The notes beneath the pieces were generated by a model. It was not told where the DNA came from and did not search any database. It saw only the letters and a list, made by a program, of their open reading frames with translations. A stretch of 64,000 nt of DNA from positions 3,339 through 67,338 of the forward strand of contig CAZMXT010000003.1 in NCBI GenBank assembly GCA_964570365.1, read 5' to 3'. Of this stretch, positions 56,729 through 64,000 are shown piece after piece. Position 1 is the stretch's first letter, and each line of letters opens with the position of its first letter. The position numbers were made by a program, and so were the translations under genes. Source of the stretch: an uncultured Pseudomonadales bacterium. Its GTDB lineage: Bacteria > Patescibacteriota > Microgenomatia > UBA1400 > PJMF01.

Positions 56729-58360
56729 CTAGGCCGCCTTCTTTTTACGCATAATCCGATGATTCTTCATCTCAGTAATAAATTCCTTAGCCGTTGCCAG
56801 ATCTGCAAGGACTGGCACCTTGGTCTTGATTGCCCAGCTGCGGATGGTTTTCTCATCTTCCTTAGACTCCGCGCTTTGTTTCTGGTACGGCACATTGATG
56901 ATCAGGTCAAATAAATTCTGGCGCAGGATATCCTCCAAGCTCGGGTACTCTTTGGTGTACATCTTGTGGAGCAAGATGGAGGAAATCTTCTCTTTTTTCA
57001 AGAACGCATGAGTCTTCTCGGTGGCGTAGAAGTTGAAGCCCATCTCGTGCAGCTCCTTCACTAGCGGCAGGAATTTTTTCTTATTGCTCTCTTCGCCAAT
57101 AGTCAGCAAGGCAAAGCGTTCCTTATCTTGGGCCAGTCGCATCTGTAGGGTGTAGATCTCGGTAAAGCCCGCCGAAGCATTTTGATTAAAGCTGGCATTC
57201 TTCATAAAGGTGGCCAACTTCTCATCAAAGATCGAGTTTGACGTCTCGACGGCTACGACTTCTGCCACACCTTTAAAGAGCTTCACCGTGACTAGTCCTG
57301 TCACTTTCTCGTTGATGTTCTCAATCAAGGCGTTCAAGTCATCCATCAACGGCTCATACCAAAGGGCGCCGTAACACAGATACGCCCACTTGGTGTCGAC
57401 CAGGGACTTAAACTCATTTTCTTGGCGAGTGCAGACAAACTTCTCGAGGTTAAAGTGCGCGCTGACAATAATTTCTGCAGCTGGTGCTTCGTACAGTCCC
57501 CGGACTTTCAAACCTACCAAGCGATCTTCGATGTGGTGAGTTACTCCAACGCCGTGCTTCGCCCCCACCTCATTGAGCTTTAAGATCAGCTCTGCCAAGC
57601 CAAGTGATTTCCCATTGAGCTCAACTGGAATTCCCTTAATAAACTTTATTTTTATATACTCAGACTTATCCGGGGTCTTCTCAATGATCCTACATACTTG
57701 CAGAATTTTCTCGAGTGGTGGAATCAGCGCCGGGTTCTCAATTTCGCCACTTTCACCAGTCACACCCCACATGTTGTCATCATACGAATATGGAGAGTCG
57801 GCAGTCTGCTTGACCGGAATATTATGTTTCTTGGCGTAAACAAGCTCCTCATCTCGGCCCATACTCCACTCGCGAACTGGGGCAATAATCTTCATCTCAG
57901 GAGCCAAGGTCAAAATGGAGCCTTCAATCCGAACCTGGTCATTTCCTTTGCCAGTGCAGCCATGAGCGATACAATCTGCGCCTTCTTCGCGAGCCACTTG
58001 CACAGCTAACTTAGAGAGTAACGGCCGGCCGAGCGGCGTGCTCAAGTGATACTTTCCCTGATAGCTGGCATTGGCCTTAATCCCTTTGGCGATGTAGTGG
58101 TAGGCAAACTCATTTTTGGCATCGATCACGATCGCTTTTTTGGCACCTAGAGTTATGGCTTTTTTTCGGATCATTTCCAGATCATCGGCTTGTTGACCAA
58201 TGTCGATGGTCAGTGCGATTACCTCGGCTTCGTACTCGTCCTGAATCCACTTCAACATGACTGAGGTATCTAGACCACCTGAGTACAATAAAACGACCTT
58301 CTTGATCTCCCCTTTTCGCCCCTCGTAGGAAGAAACTTTGGTATATGGTTGTGCTTGCAT
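56729..58360 (-). CDS. argG: Argininosuccinate synthase fused to a C-terminal MGS-like (CarB allosteric-type) domain
   Basis: N-terminal ~400 aa: ...VVLLYSGGLDTSV... (PP-loop) and ArgG blocks. C-terminal ~135 aa: ...ALLTIGEESNKKKFLPLVKELHEMGFNFYATEKTHAFLKKEKISSIL...FDLIINVP.... This aligns with the CarB MGS-like domain ([37 protein letters not shown]...YTYIINT). Confidence 0.8.
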   Translation of the reverse strand: MQAQPYTKVSSYEGRKGEIKKVVLLYSGGLDTSVMLKWIQDEYEAEVIALTIDIGQQADDLEMIRKKAITLGAKKAIVIDAKNEFAYHYIAKGIKANASYQGKYHLSTPLGRPLLSKLAVQVAREEGADCIAHGCTGKGNDQVRIEGSILTLAPEMKIIAPVREWSMGRDEELVYAKKHNIPVKQTADSPYSYDDNMWGVTGESGEIENPALIPPLEKILQVCRIIEKTPDKSEYIKIKFIKGIPVELNGKSLGLAELILKLNEVGAKHGVGVTHHIEDRLVGLKVRGLYEAPAAEIIVSAHFNLEKFVCTRQENEFKSLVDTKWAYLCYGALWYEPLMDDLNALIENINEKVTGLVTVKLFKGVAEVVAVETSNSIFDEKLATFMKNASFNQNASAGFTEIYTLQMRLAQDKERFALLTIGEESNKKKFLPLVKELHEMGFNFYATEKTHAFLKKEKISSILLHKMYTKEYPSLEDILRQNLFDLIINVPYQKQSAESKEDEKTIRSWAIKTKVPVLADLATAKEFITEMKNHRIMRKKKAA

Positions 58361-58382
58361 AGCGCTCCTTAATTATAAATAG

Positions 58383-59183
58383 TTATGTCAGCTCAAACGT
58401 CAAACAATGAATTCCACCACCAGACTTCACAAACTCGCCCATATCCAGCTCAATCGGCGTGTACCCCAAATCTTCTAGGTTCTCTACAAACTCTGGGTTG
58501 CCTACCTGCGTTAAGACATGTCGATTCACCACGTAACTGTTTGCCGCAAATCCCAATGCCTCAGCCTGGGAAAAAGGAATCAGGGTGGGAACGAGTTGTT
58601 GGAGAATTTTTTGGGACTGGACTGAAAAGGCGGGTGGATAATAAAAAGCTGTAGTCTGATTGAGCGGAAAAAAGCAGGTATCGAGGTGATAAAAACGCTC
58701 GTCAACCAGCTCTAGGCCGAGCACCTTTTTGCCTAGTACGTCCGCCACCTTTTGACAGACTTCCTTGTCTGCTCGGAAGCCCGTCCCCATCAAGTAAACG
58801 TCTTGCCAGGGTAAGCAGTCTCCGCCTTCAAAAAAACTGTCCTCACTAAACCGCTGCACGGCTAAGCCATTGGCTTTAAACCACTCCTCATAGAGTGGCG
58901 TTTCCCCTTGTCTTTGAGGGTAGCGGAAGTTGCTTAAAAGTACTTTTCCATCAAGAGCCATGCCCTGATCCCGAGTGAAAACCATATCTGGCAAGTGAGC
59001 GGCTTGGGGGATTACATCTACCCCCACTCCCAACTCCTCATACGTCTGCCGCAACTCCTGCCACTGACGAAGCGCTCGAGCTTGGTTCACCTCACCAGGC
59101 TTCATCCACGGATTGATCACGTACTCAACCGAGAAATGGTCGGGTCGGCACATCAAGATTTTCTTGCTTTTCGTGTTGGTCAT
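58383..59183 (-). CDS. Amidinotransferase-superfamily (pentein fold) hydrolase, DDAH / citrulline-utilisation CtlX-like
   Basis: Start at ATG 59183..59181, preceded by AAGGTGG. ...ILMCRPDHF... N-terminus, ...HLDTCF..., and the C-terminal catalytic Cys block GGGIHCLT. Confidence 0.7.
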   Translation of the reverse strand: MTNTKSKKILMCRPDHFSVEYVINPWMKPGEVNQARALRQWQELRQTYEELGVGVDVIPQAAHLPDMVFTRDQGMALDGKVLLSNFRYPQRQGETPLYEEWFKANGLAVQRFSEDSFFEGGDCLPWQDVYLMGTGFRADKEVCQKVADVLGKKVLGLELVDERFYHLDTCFFPLNQTTAFYYPPAFSVQSQKILQQLVPTLIPFSQAEALGFAANSYVVNRHVLTQVGNPEFVENLEDLGYTPIELDMGEFVKSGGGIHCLTFELT

Positions 59184-59210
59184 GCGTACCACCTTGAGCA
59201 AAAAATTTGC

Positions 59211-59237
59211 AAAAAAAATCCCGACTGAAATCGGGAT
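59211..59237 (-). terminator. Intrinsic-terminator-like hairpin plus U8 run, about 27 nt upstream of the amidinotransferase start (candidate attenuator expression platform)
   Basis: On the minus strand: AUCCCGA-uuucag-UCGGGAU followed by UUUUUUUU, then ...AAGGUGGuacgcAUG. It lies at the end of a ~370-nt leader. Confidence 0.5.
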
Positions 59238-59569
59238 CTACACATTGCGCTCTCTTTACGAGAGTTGCGAATGAGGCAATTGGTCAAAAAAAAACTAGTG
59301 ACTGGCACTAGAAACCAGAGTATACAAATGCGGGATGTGTTATGCAATGGGTGATTTTGGGTTCCCCTACCAAAGGTGTGTAAAGCCTGGTACGCTCACT
59401 TGTATAGGGATTAATACCATGGTATAGTTAAGGCCTATATTTAATAAAGACCACTATGACCTCACATGAGACTCCTAAGCCGGAGACACCCCACCTACAC
59501 CTTCCGACTTAGACAACTTAGGAGATACTCGCCTCAATTTGGAAGCTCGAGAAACAGCATTTTTAGCAT

Positions 59570-60514
59570 TTGCTGCGAGTAAACGAGCTAACCCTTATCT
59601 TACAAAGCGCAAAGTACTATCGAGACACGATTGCGAGTAAAGTACAGGAAGAAAAATTTGTTTTTTTTGACAAAATAAAACAAATTTTTGATCAGGACGT
59701 AAAAACAGCTACATATGGTCCATCAGATATTCTGTTGAATACATGTTTTGAGCACACTACAGATAGCGGCAAATTTATTGAGATGTATCTAGCGAAAAGA
59801 GGGAAGACTTATTCACCAGAGAAAGCCAGTGGTTTTTTTATAGCACAAGATTTTAAGCTCCCTTTTAAGGGAACTGAGGAACAATACTTTATTGCACGAG
59901 AACGCCTAGCAGGAGCGTCCTTAGCCTGGACACCAGATCTCCTTGACCCCGACGAATTGGTCATCGCGTATGACTTACGCTTTCAATTTATTAAAGATTC
60001 AATCTCATATACTGCATCATTTGCTGAGTTCATTGGGTTATTAAGAACCGTGTATGAGATGGAGGCATACGATGTCACAGCTGCTGACAAAGGACGAGTT
60101 TCTTACACTGCTGCACAAATCGCAGCAGAACTGAAGAGAATTGTTCCCGGTATAGTTCCAGAGACAGAAATACCAGCAGGCCAAGTATATGCAATTAAGT
60201 ATACGATAGAAAAACCTGGTAATTTTTCCCTCAAGAATCTGTTAAAAGGAGAAAAACGAGGCACCATAACTCTTGAGAGACTTTATAGAATATTTGGAGA
60301 TTCGCTAGGTGGAGGCTTAAAATCACAATTAGATAGCGATCCGTCAAAGCGCGCACAGCTGCAGAACTTTTTAGCTCGGAACGAAGATGATCCTGAGTTG
60401 GAGCTACTTTATCAAACGTTTGGCAACCCCGCTATGACTCAGGAACAAAAAACTGAACTTGCAGCCACTTTTGAAATGTTAAGGCAAAGATCTGTCAAGC
60501 TAGGAAAAAGTTAG
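59570..60514 (+). CDS. Hypothetical protein (314 aa), no recognised domain
   Basis: Long clean ORF, divergent from the arg/pyr operon leader. Composition is protein-like. No motif recognised. Confidence 0.5.
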   Translation: MLRVNELTLILQSAKYYRDTIASKVQEEKFVFFDKIKQIFDQDVKTATYGPSDILLNTCFEHTTDSGKFIEMYLAKRGKTYSPEKASGFFIAQDFKLPFKGTEEQYFIARERLAGASLAWTPDLLDPDELVIAYDLRFQFIKDSISYTASFAEFIGLLRTVYEMEAYDVTAADKGRVSYTAAQIAAELKRIVPGIVPETEIPAGQVYAIKYTIEKPGNFSLKNLLKGEKRGTITLERLYRIFGDSLGGGLKSQLDSDPSKRAQLQNFLARNEDDPELELLYQTFGNPAMTQEQKTELAATFEMLRQRSVKLGKS

Positions 60515-60606
60515 CTGCCTAAGTTGATAGTTTAACGGTTTGAACCTTACCACTGACGAGGCGCCCGAGCCTGGTTTGCCTTGAATCGCAATGCGGAGCG
60601 GTCTTT

Positions 60607-61632
60607 TCATACGTTTTCCTCCAGATATAGTGCTTCTGCATGAATTCGATTCCAGATGTCTTTGACGAACTGATCGCTCAGAGAACTTCCTTCTGCCTTC
60701 TTCAGCAAATTACTCAAAACTTGCTGCCAACGACCAAGTTGCAGCGGTGGAATACCTTGGGCCTTCTTTAATTGACCCACTTGCTTGACGACTTGGAGAC
60801 GCTGATTTAAGAGAGAAAGCAACTGCTCATCAAGTTGATCGATCCGTTCTCGCAAGCTTATGAGGGATTGGCCATCAGAAACACTCTGCGTGGTAGTTCT
60901 GAGTTGGAGCACAAAGCGAATAATTTTTTGTAGTTGCTGACCTGCATGAGCATTATGCCTATAGATATCAAGAAAGAGCTGCTGTGTATCACTCGCTACT
61001 ATCGCTTGATTCTGTAAGATGTGCGTAAAACCTCGGGTATCCAGCGGCGTAGACGCTAACCCCAGCTCTACACCGATCTGCCCAAACAAAAATGAGACGA
61101 ACTGGGTGTGGGCGATGATCTGATCATGTTGCTCGCTAGTCATCGAAAGCAATTTGAGTTGCTGCCTCTGCAAAAAAGCCTTCAGACTTTCTAACCTAGC
61201 TTTGTTACGTATCCGGACCGGATTCCAGACCAGTGAGAGTCCCTCAAACGTAGTCCCCTGCTGGGTGCTCTGCGGCCCAAATACGGGATGCGTGACCAAT
61301 ATATCTGCTCCTTTGTCTCTGACGTGTCTGCGCAGCCAGTTTTCGGGCGCTCCCATCACCGAACAAACACTCATGACTAGTGGATGCACGCCTTCGGGCG
61401 CAAGACATGTGTCCAGCCTGACTAATGTGGCTTCCAAGGCTGAGATTGGCACGGCTGGAATGATGATCTGGCACTTTGCAACTTCACTGAGTAGAAAGAT
61501 CTTTTTGTCATCAACTGGCTTGCTGGTTGAACTATGAATGACGCTCCAACGGTCTGACTCTCTGGCAAAGAGCGCGTCTAAGGTACCGGCAAATCTGCCG
61601 GTACCAATGATCCCAACAGTAATTTTTTTCAT
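60607..61632 (-). CDS. tyrA: Bifunctional prephenate dehydrogenase (N-terminal) / chorismate mutase AroQ (C-terminal)
   Basis: N-terminal Rossmann fold GIIGTGRFAG, ...ILVTHPVFGP... and ...SEQHDQIIAHTQFVSF... of TyrA. The C-terminal ~90 aa (...SLRERIDQLDEQLLSLLNQRLQVVKQVGQLK...) match AroQ chorismate mutase helices. Confidence 0.8.
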   Translation of the reverse strand: MKKITVGIIGTGRFAGTLDALFARESDRWSVIHSSTSKPVDDKKIFLLSEVAKCQIIIPAVPISALEATLVRLDTCLAPEGVHPLVMSVCSVMGAPENWLRRHVRDKGADILVTHPVFGPQSTQQGTTFEGLSLVWNPVRIRNKARLESLKAFLQRQQLKLLSMTSEQHDQIIAHTQFVSFLFGQIGVELGLASTPLDTRGFTHILQNQAIVASDTQQLFLDIYRHNAHAGQQLQKIIRFVLQLRTTTQSVSDGQSLISLRERIDQLDEQLLSLLNQRLQVVKQVGQLKKAQGIPPLQLGRWQQVLSNLLKKAEGSSLSDQFVKDIWNRIHAEALYLEENV

Positions 61633-62405
61633 TTTTCTCCTTTATTTGGTAGCAGTTCTGCTAGCTCAGTCCAGGTAAGTTGCTGACTGGCATCTGTCTT
61701 GGCCTGGGTGGGGTCAGGGTGAACTTCAATGATTTGCCCATCTATCTCAGGGATTATTGAGAACTCCTGAATCAATTTTTTGACCAATTCCACCTGACCA
61801 CCGATGTGTGAGGGATCCATGATCAGAGGAATTCCTAAAGTCCGCTTCAGAGACAGGGCCATCTCCATATCTGGGATATTTCTCATTTCATCAAGCCCTT
61901 TACTCCAGGGAGCAAAGCCTCGATGACAGAGCAAGAGTTGTTCTTCAGCAGCGCCACCATGAAGCACATGCGAAACAATCCCACCCCAGTGATTTATATC
62001 TCGCCAAGGCTGGTTCTTGATCATTAGCTCAACCCGCGGTTCTCCAGCCACTGCTTTCCCAATATCTCTTTGGATGATGTGATTTTGGTTGCGCGATCCA
62101 ATCCAGAGTAGCAAGGTAGCGTGCGGCAATTTTCCTAAGATCTCTTCCATCAACAAATCAACGTGCTCTGGCATAATCACTTCCATTGCGGGAGTAATGC
62201 CCTGCTCCGCTGCTGCCACCACCCAAGGAATACCATGCTTCGCAACCCCCTCAAATCCTGGTCTGGTACGTGGTTTCCAGAGATTCATCCGGATCGTTTG
62301 AACTCCATGCTTTTTCGCCTGATCTACAGTAAGCTCCGCGTGCTCTCGGCTTTCTAAAGCGCAAGGCCCTGCAATAATTCGTTGTCTATTTTCTAGTCTA
62401 TTCAT
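61629..62405 (-). CDS. 3-deoxy-7-phosphoheptulonate (DAHP) synthase, type I-beta / KDO8PS-like
   Basis: ...IIAGPCALES... and ...LIMDPSHIGG... signature blocks, plus metal-ligand His residues. Overlaps tyrA by 4 nt. Confidence 0.8.
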   Translation of the reverse strand: MNRLENRQRIIAGPCALESREHAELTVDQAKKHGVQTIRMNLWKPRTRPGFEGVAKHGIPWVVAAAEQGITPAMEVIMPEHVDLLMEEILGKLPHATLLLWIGSRNQNHIIQRDIGKAVAGEPRVELMIKNQPWRDINHWGGIVSHVLHGGAAEEQLLLCHRGFAPWSKGLDEMRNIPDMEMALSLKRTLGIPLIMDPSHIGGQVELVKKLIQEFSIIPEIDGQIIEVHPDPTQAKTDASQQLTWTELAELLPNKGEK

Positions 62406-62420
62406 ATTTTCCTCTTTTCA

Positions 62421-62554
62421 CAAAAAAACCTCCCATAAAGGAGGTTGTGATATTTTTATAAATTTTTATATTGGGTTTCATTAGCAATAAAACATCATGC
62501 ACCTCCTGTTTTTAGGAATGTATAAAAAATAAAAGTAGAAAAACGACCTGTCAA
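62421..62554 (-). promoter_or_regulatory. Candidate leader-peptide attenuator upstream of the DAHP synthase - tyrA/chorismate mutase operon
   Basis: Read on the minus strand, in order. Promoter-like TTGACA (62554..62549), 17 nt, TATTTT. RBS AGGAGG (62507..62502). Leader ORF ATG ATG TTT TAT TGC TAA (62498..62481) = MMFYC. Hairpin AACCUCC-cuuuau-GGAGGUU plus U7 (62446..62421). Then AAGAGGA RBS and the ATG at 62405. The leader RBS AGGAGGU is exactly complementary to the terminator 5' arm ACCUCCU. Confidence 0.45.
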
Positions 62555-62586
62555 AAATTTCATAGTCTGTAATTTGCGCCTAAGTA

Positions 62587-62610
62587 CAAAAAAACCTCCG
62601 GTAGGAGGTG
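62587..62610 (-). terminator. Intrinsic-terminator-like hairpin plus U7 run (minus strand), 215 nt downstream of tmk
   Basis: On the minus strand: ACCUCC-uacc-GGAGGU followed by UUUUUUU. It has the same anti-SD/SD palindrome design as the hairpin at 62421-62446. Confidence 0.45.
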
Positions 62611-62826
62611 TCTAAAACTGTATTCTGTCTAGTTACTTTTTAGACACAGCTTCGCCTCCCTACCTGGGTGGGATAAAAATAAAAGCTGGAGAAAGATGCT
62701 CGAGACATGTGGTTATTATATCATTGAAGTCTGAACTAACAATATTCTGGGTTAGCCGATAGTCTAGCGCTTATGCTGAATGAAGAAGCTCATGAGTACA
62801 ACCAAGCTCTAGAGCAAATAGCTAGA

Positions 62827-63453
62827 TCACTTCATTCGCTCGCTGATTTTCTGCCAAATCTGCTTCTCTACTTCTTCCAAACTCTGACCCGCGTCAATTA
62901 TTACCCAACGACCAGAACTGTCTTCTTTGGGAAGCGATAAGTATGCTTGTCTGACCTGCTCGTGAAAATCTTTATTCTCCAAATCAAGGCGATTTTGCTC
63001 GCCGGTAGCCGCTCTTCTTGCCAAACCTATTTCTACTGATATATCAAGTAAAAAAGTTATATCCGGATACGTATCTTGAGTAGAGATAGTGTTCAACTTT
63101 TCGATCAACTCTCTCCCGAATTTCCTGACGATACCTTGGTAGACGATTGAGGAGTCGCGGGTACGGTCCATGAGTACAATTTTACCCTCACGTAGAGCCG
63201 GCAACACTACTTCCTGATAAATTTGAGCTCGAGCAGCCTGAAAGAGTAATACCTCAGTAGTAAAGGAAATGCCAGTGTTTTTATTTGAGAGAACCACTTC
63301 TCGGATCTGCTCCCCGACCGAAGTCCCCCCTGGTTCGCGCAAGGCCACCACCTCTTGGCCAGCTGCCTCGAGACGCTCGCGCAAGCGAGCCACCTGAGTG
63401 GTTTTCCCCCCGCCTTCCCCACCTTCAAAGCTGATTAGTAATCCTTTTGACAT
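62827..63453 (-). CDS. tmk: Thymidylate kinase
   Basis: P-loop ISFEGGEGGGKTTQ, DRY-like region (...LMDRTRDSS...) and the lid region. Confidence 0.9.
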   Translation of the reverse strand: MSKGLLISFEGGEGGGKTTQVARLRERLEAAGQEVVALREPGGTSVGEQIREVVLSNKNTGISFTTEVLLFQAARAQIYQEVVLPALREGKIVLMDRTRDSSIVYQGIVRKFGRELIEKLNTISTQDTYPDITFLLDISVEIGLARRAATGEQNRLDLENKDFHEQVRQAYLSLPKEDSSGRWVIIDAGQSLEEVEKQIWQKISERMK

Positions 63454-63524
63454 CGAGCTTGAGACTAAAGAAGTTCTGCGAGTCGCGCAAGAGGGAAATT
63501 CTGCAAGAGAACCAACATGAGACC

Positions 63525-64000
63525 TTATTTCTGCACAGCATATTCAAGGAGCAGCGTTTCGGCGGAAAGTTTTTGCTCGCTGATCAGCTGCAGCTGCACG
63601 TCCACCTCTTGATTCAGCAGCGAAACACCTTGGCCAAATACAATTGGCTCCACCGTCAAGTACAGTCGGTCTACCACCCCGGCTTGCAGAAACATGGTGT
63701 AAATTGAAGCGCCGCCACAAATCGCAACTTCTTGCTGCCCTGAAACTTCAAGTTCTTGAATAATTTCCCGCGGAGATTTTTTGGTGGCAGTCGCCTCGAT
63801 CACAGTCGGGGCTGGGTTCACAAAGTCCTCTGGCTTACTGGTGTAAATAATGTACCTCAAACCACGAGGATACCTGGTAAAAGTCTGAAACGTCTTCATC
63901 CCCATGATCACCACCCCAGCCCGCTTAATCGAGTCAACATAAAACTTCTTGTCCTCGGAGCTGGTCCAATCAAAAGAGCGAGTGTCTGCCTGACGGCCAA
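63525..64000 (-). CDS. folA: Dihydrofolate reductase (3' portion; gene runs off the right window edge)
   Basis: The reading frame stays open to the window end. ...FDWTSSEDKKFYVDSIKRAGVVIMGMKTFQTF... then ...VAICGGASIYTMFL...DRLYLTVEPIVFGQGVS... match DHFR (GGxxxY, LYLTxI...GD). Confidence 0.8.
   Translation of the reverse strand, partial: GRQADTRSFDWTSSEDKKFYVDSIKRAGVVIMGMKTFQTFTRYPRGLRYIIYTSKPEDFVNPAPTVIEATATKKSPREIIQELEVSGQQEVAICGGASIYTMFLQAGVVDRLYLTVEPIVFGQGVSLLNQEVDVQLQLISEQKLSAETLLLEYAVQK

Noticed and set aside
63447-63707. 86-aa plus-strand ORF across the tmk-folA junction
   Set aside because: It is antisense to the folA 3' end and the tmk start. folA and tmk are strongly supported.
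1-64000. CRISPR arrays, rRNA genes, transposases, reverse transcriptases and cyclase/effector defence operons
   Set aside because: I scanned for short regularly spaced repeats and for hallmark motifs and found none in this window.

Overview
This is a densely packed bacterial chromosomal segment in the standard genetic code, with about 80 features and no rRNA or CRISPR array. Most genes are housekeeping genes, often with 1-10 nt overlaps between neighbours.

Clearly recognisable content:
- queuosine tRNA modification genes (tgt and queA, divergent)
- an lgt-lspA-RluA-family-prmC run
- a replicative helicase gene dnaB interrupted by a 429-aa LAGLIDADG intein
- the rpsF-ssb-rpsR ribosomal operon, plus rpsB-tsf, rpmE, prfA, hisS, cysS, ychF, hpf and recR
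- folD-nfo-glyA
- a long minus-strand nucleotide-metabolism supercluster at about 47.9-59.2 kb: an amidinotransferase-like gene, argG fused to a methylglyoxal-synthase-like (MGS-like) allosteric domain of the kind found in carbamoyl-phosphate synthetase CarB, an amidohydrolase, pyrD-pyrE-pyrF, two phosphoribosyltransferase-fold proteins, a deoxynucleoside kinase, an HD hydrolase and guaA
- an aromatic amino-acid pair (DAHP synthase plus prephenate dehydrogenase-chorismate mutase) preceded by a leader-peptide/terminator attenuator-like structure
- tmk and the 3' part of folA
- tRNA-Leu(CAA) and tRNA-Ala(CGC)

Accessory or unusual content:
- a tyrosine-recombinase gene running off the left edge, followed by 1.3 kb of AT-rich non-coding DNA
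- two type II toxin-antitoxin pairs (DinJ/YafQ-like and Phd/PIN-like)
- a decayed SAM-methyltransferase pseudogene and a possible MutS relic
- a 2x36-bp in-frame tandem duplication inside queA
- a CDA-fold deaminase-domain protein with a large uncharacterised N-terminal domain
- an OmpR-type winged-helix regulator with no receiver domain
- a thiamine-diphosphate (TPP) decarboxylase-like gene adjacent to an aldehyde dehydrogenase, next to an EamA transporter

I found no single obviously novel multi-gene system; the candidates are listed as findings. All calls come from reading the translations and sequence by eye and recalling family motifs. No database search was run.
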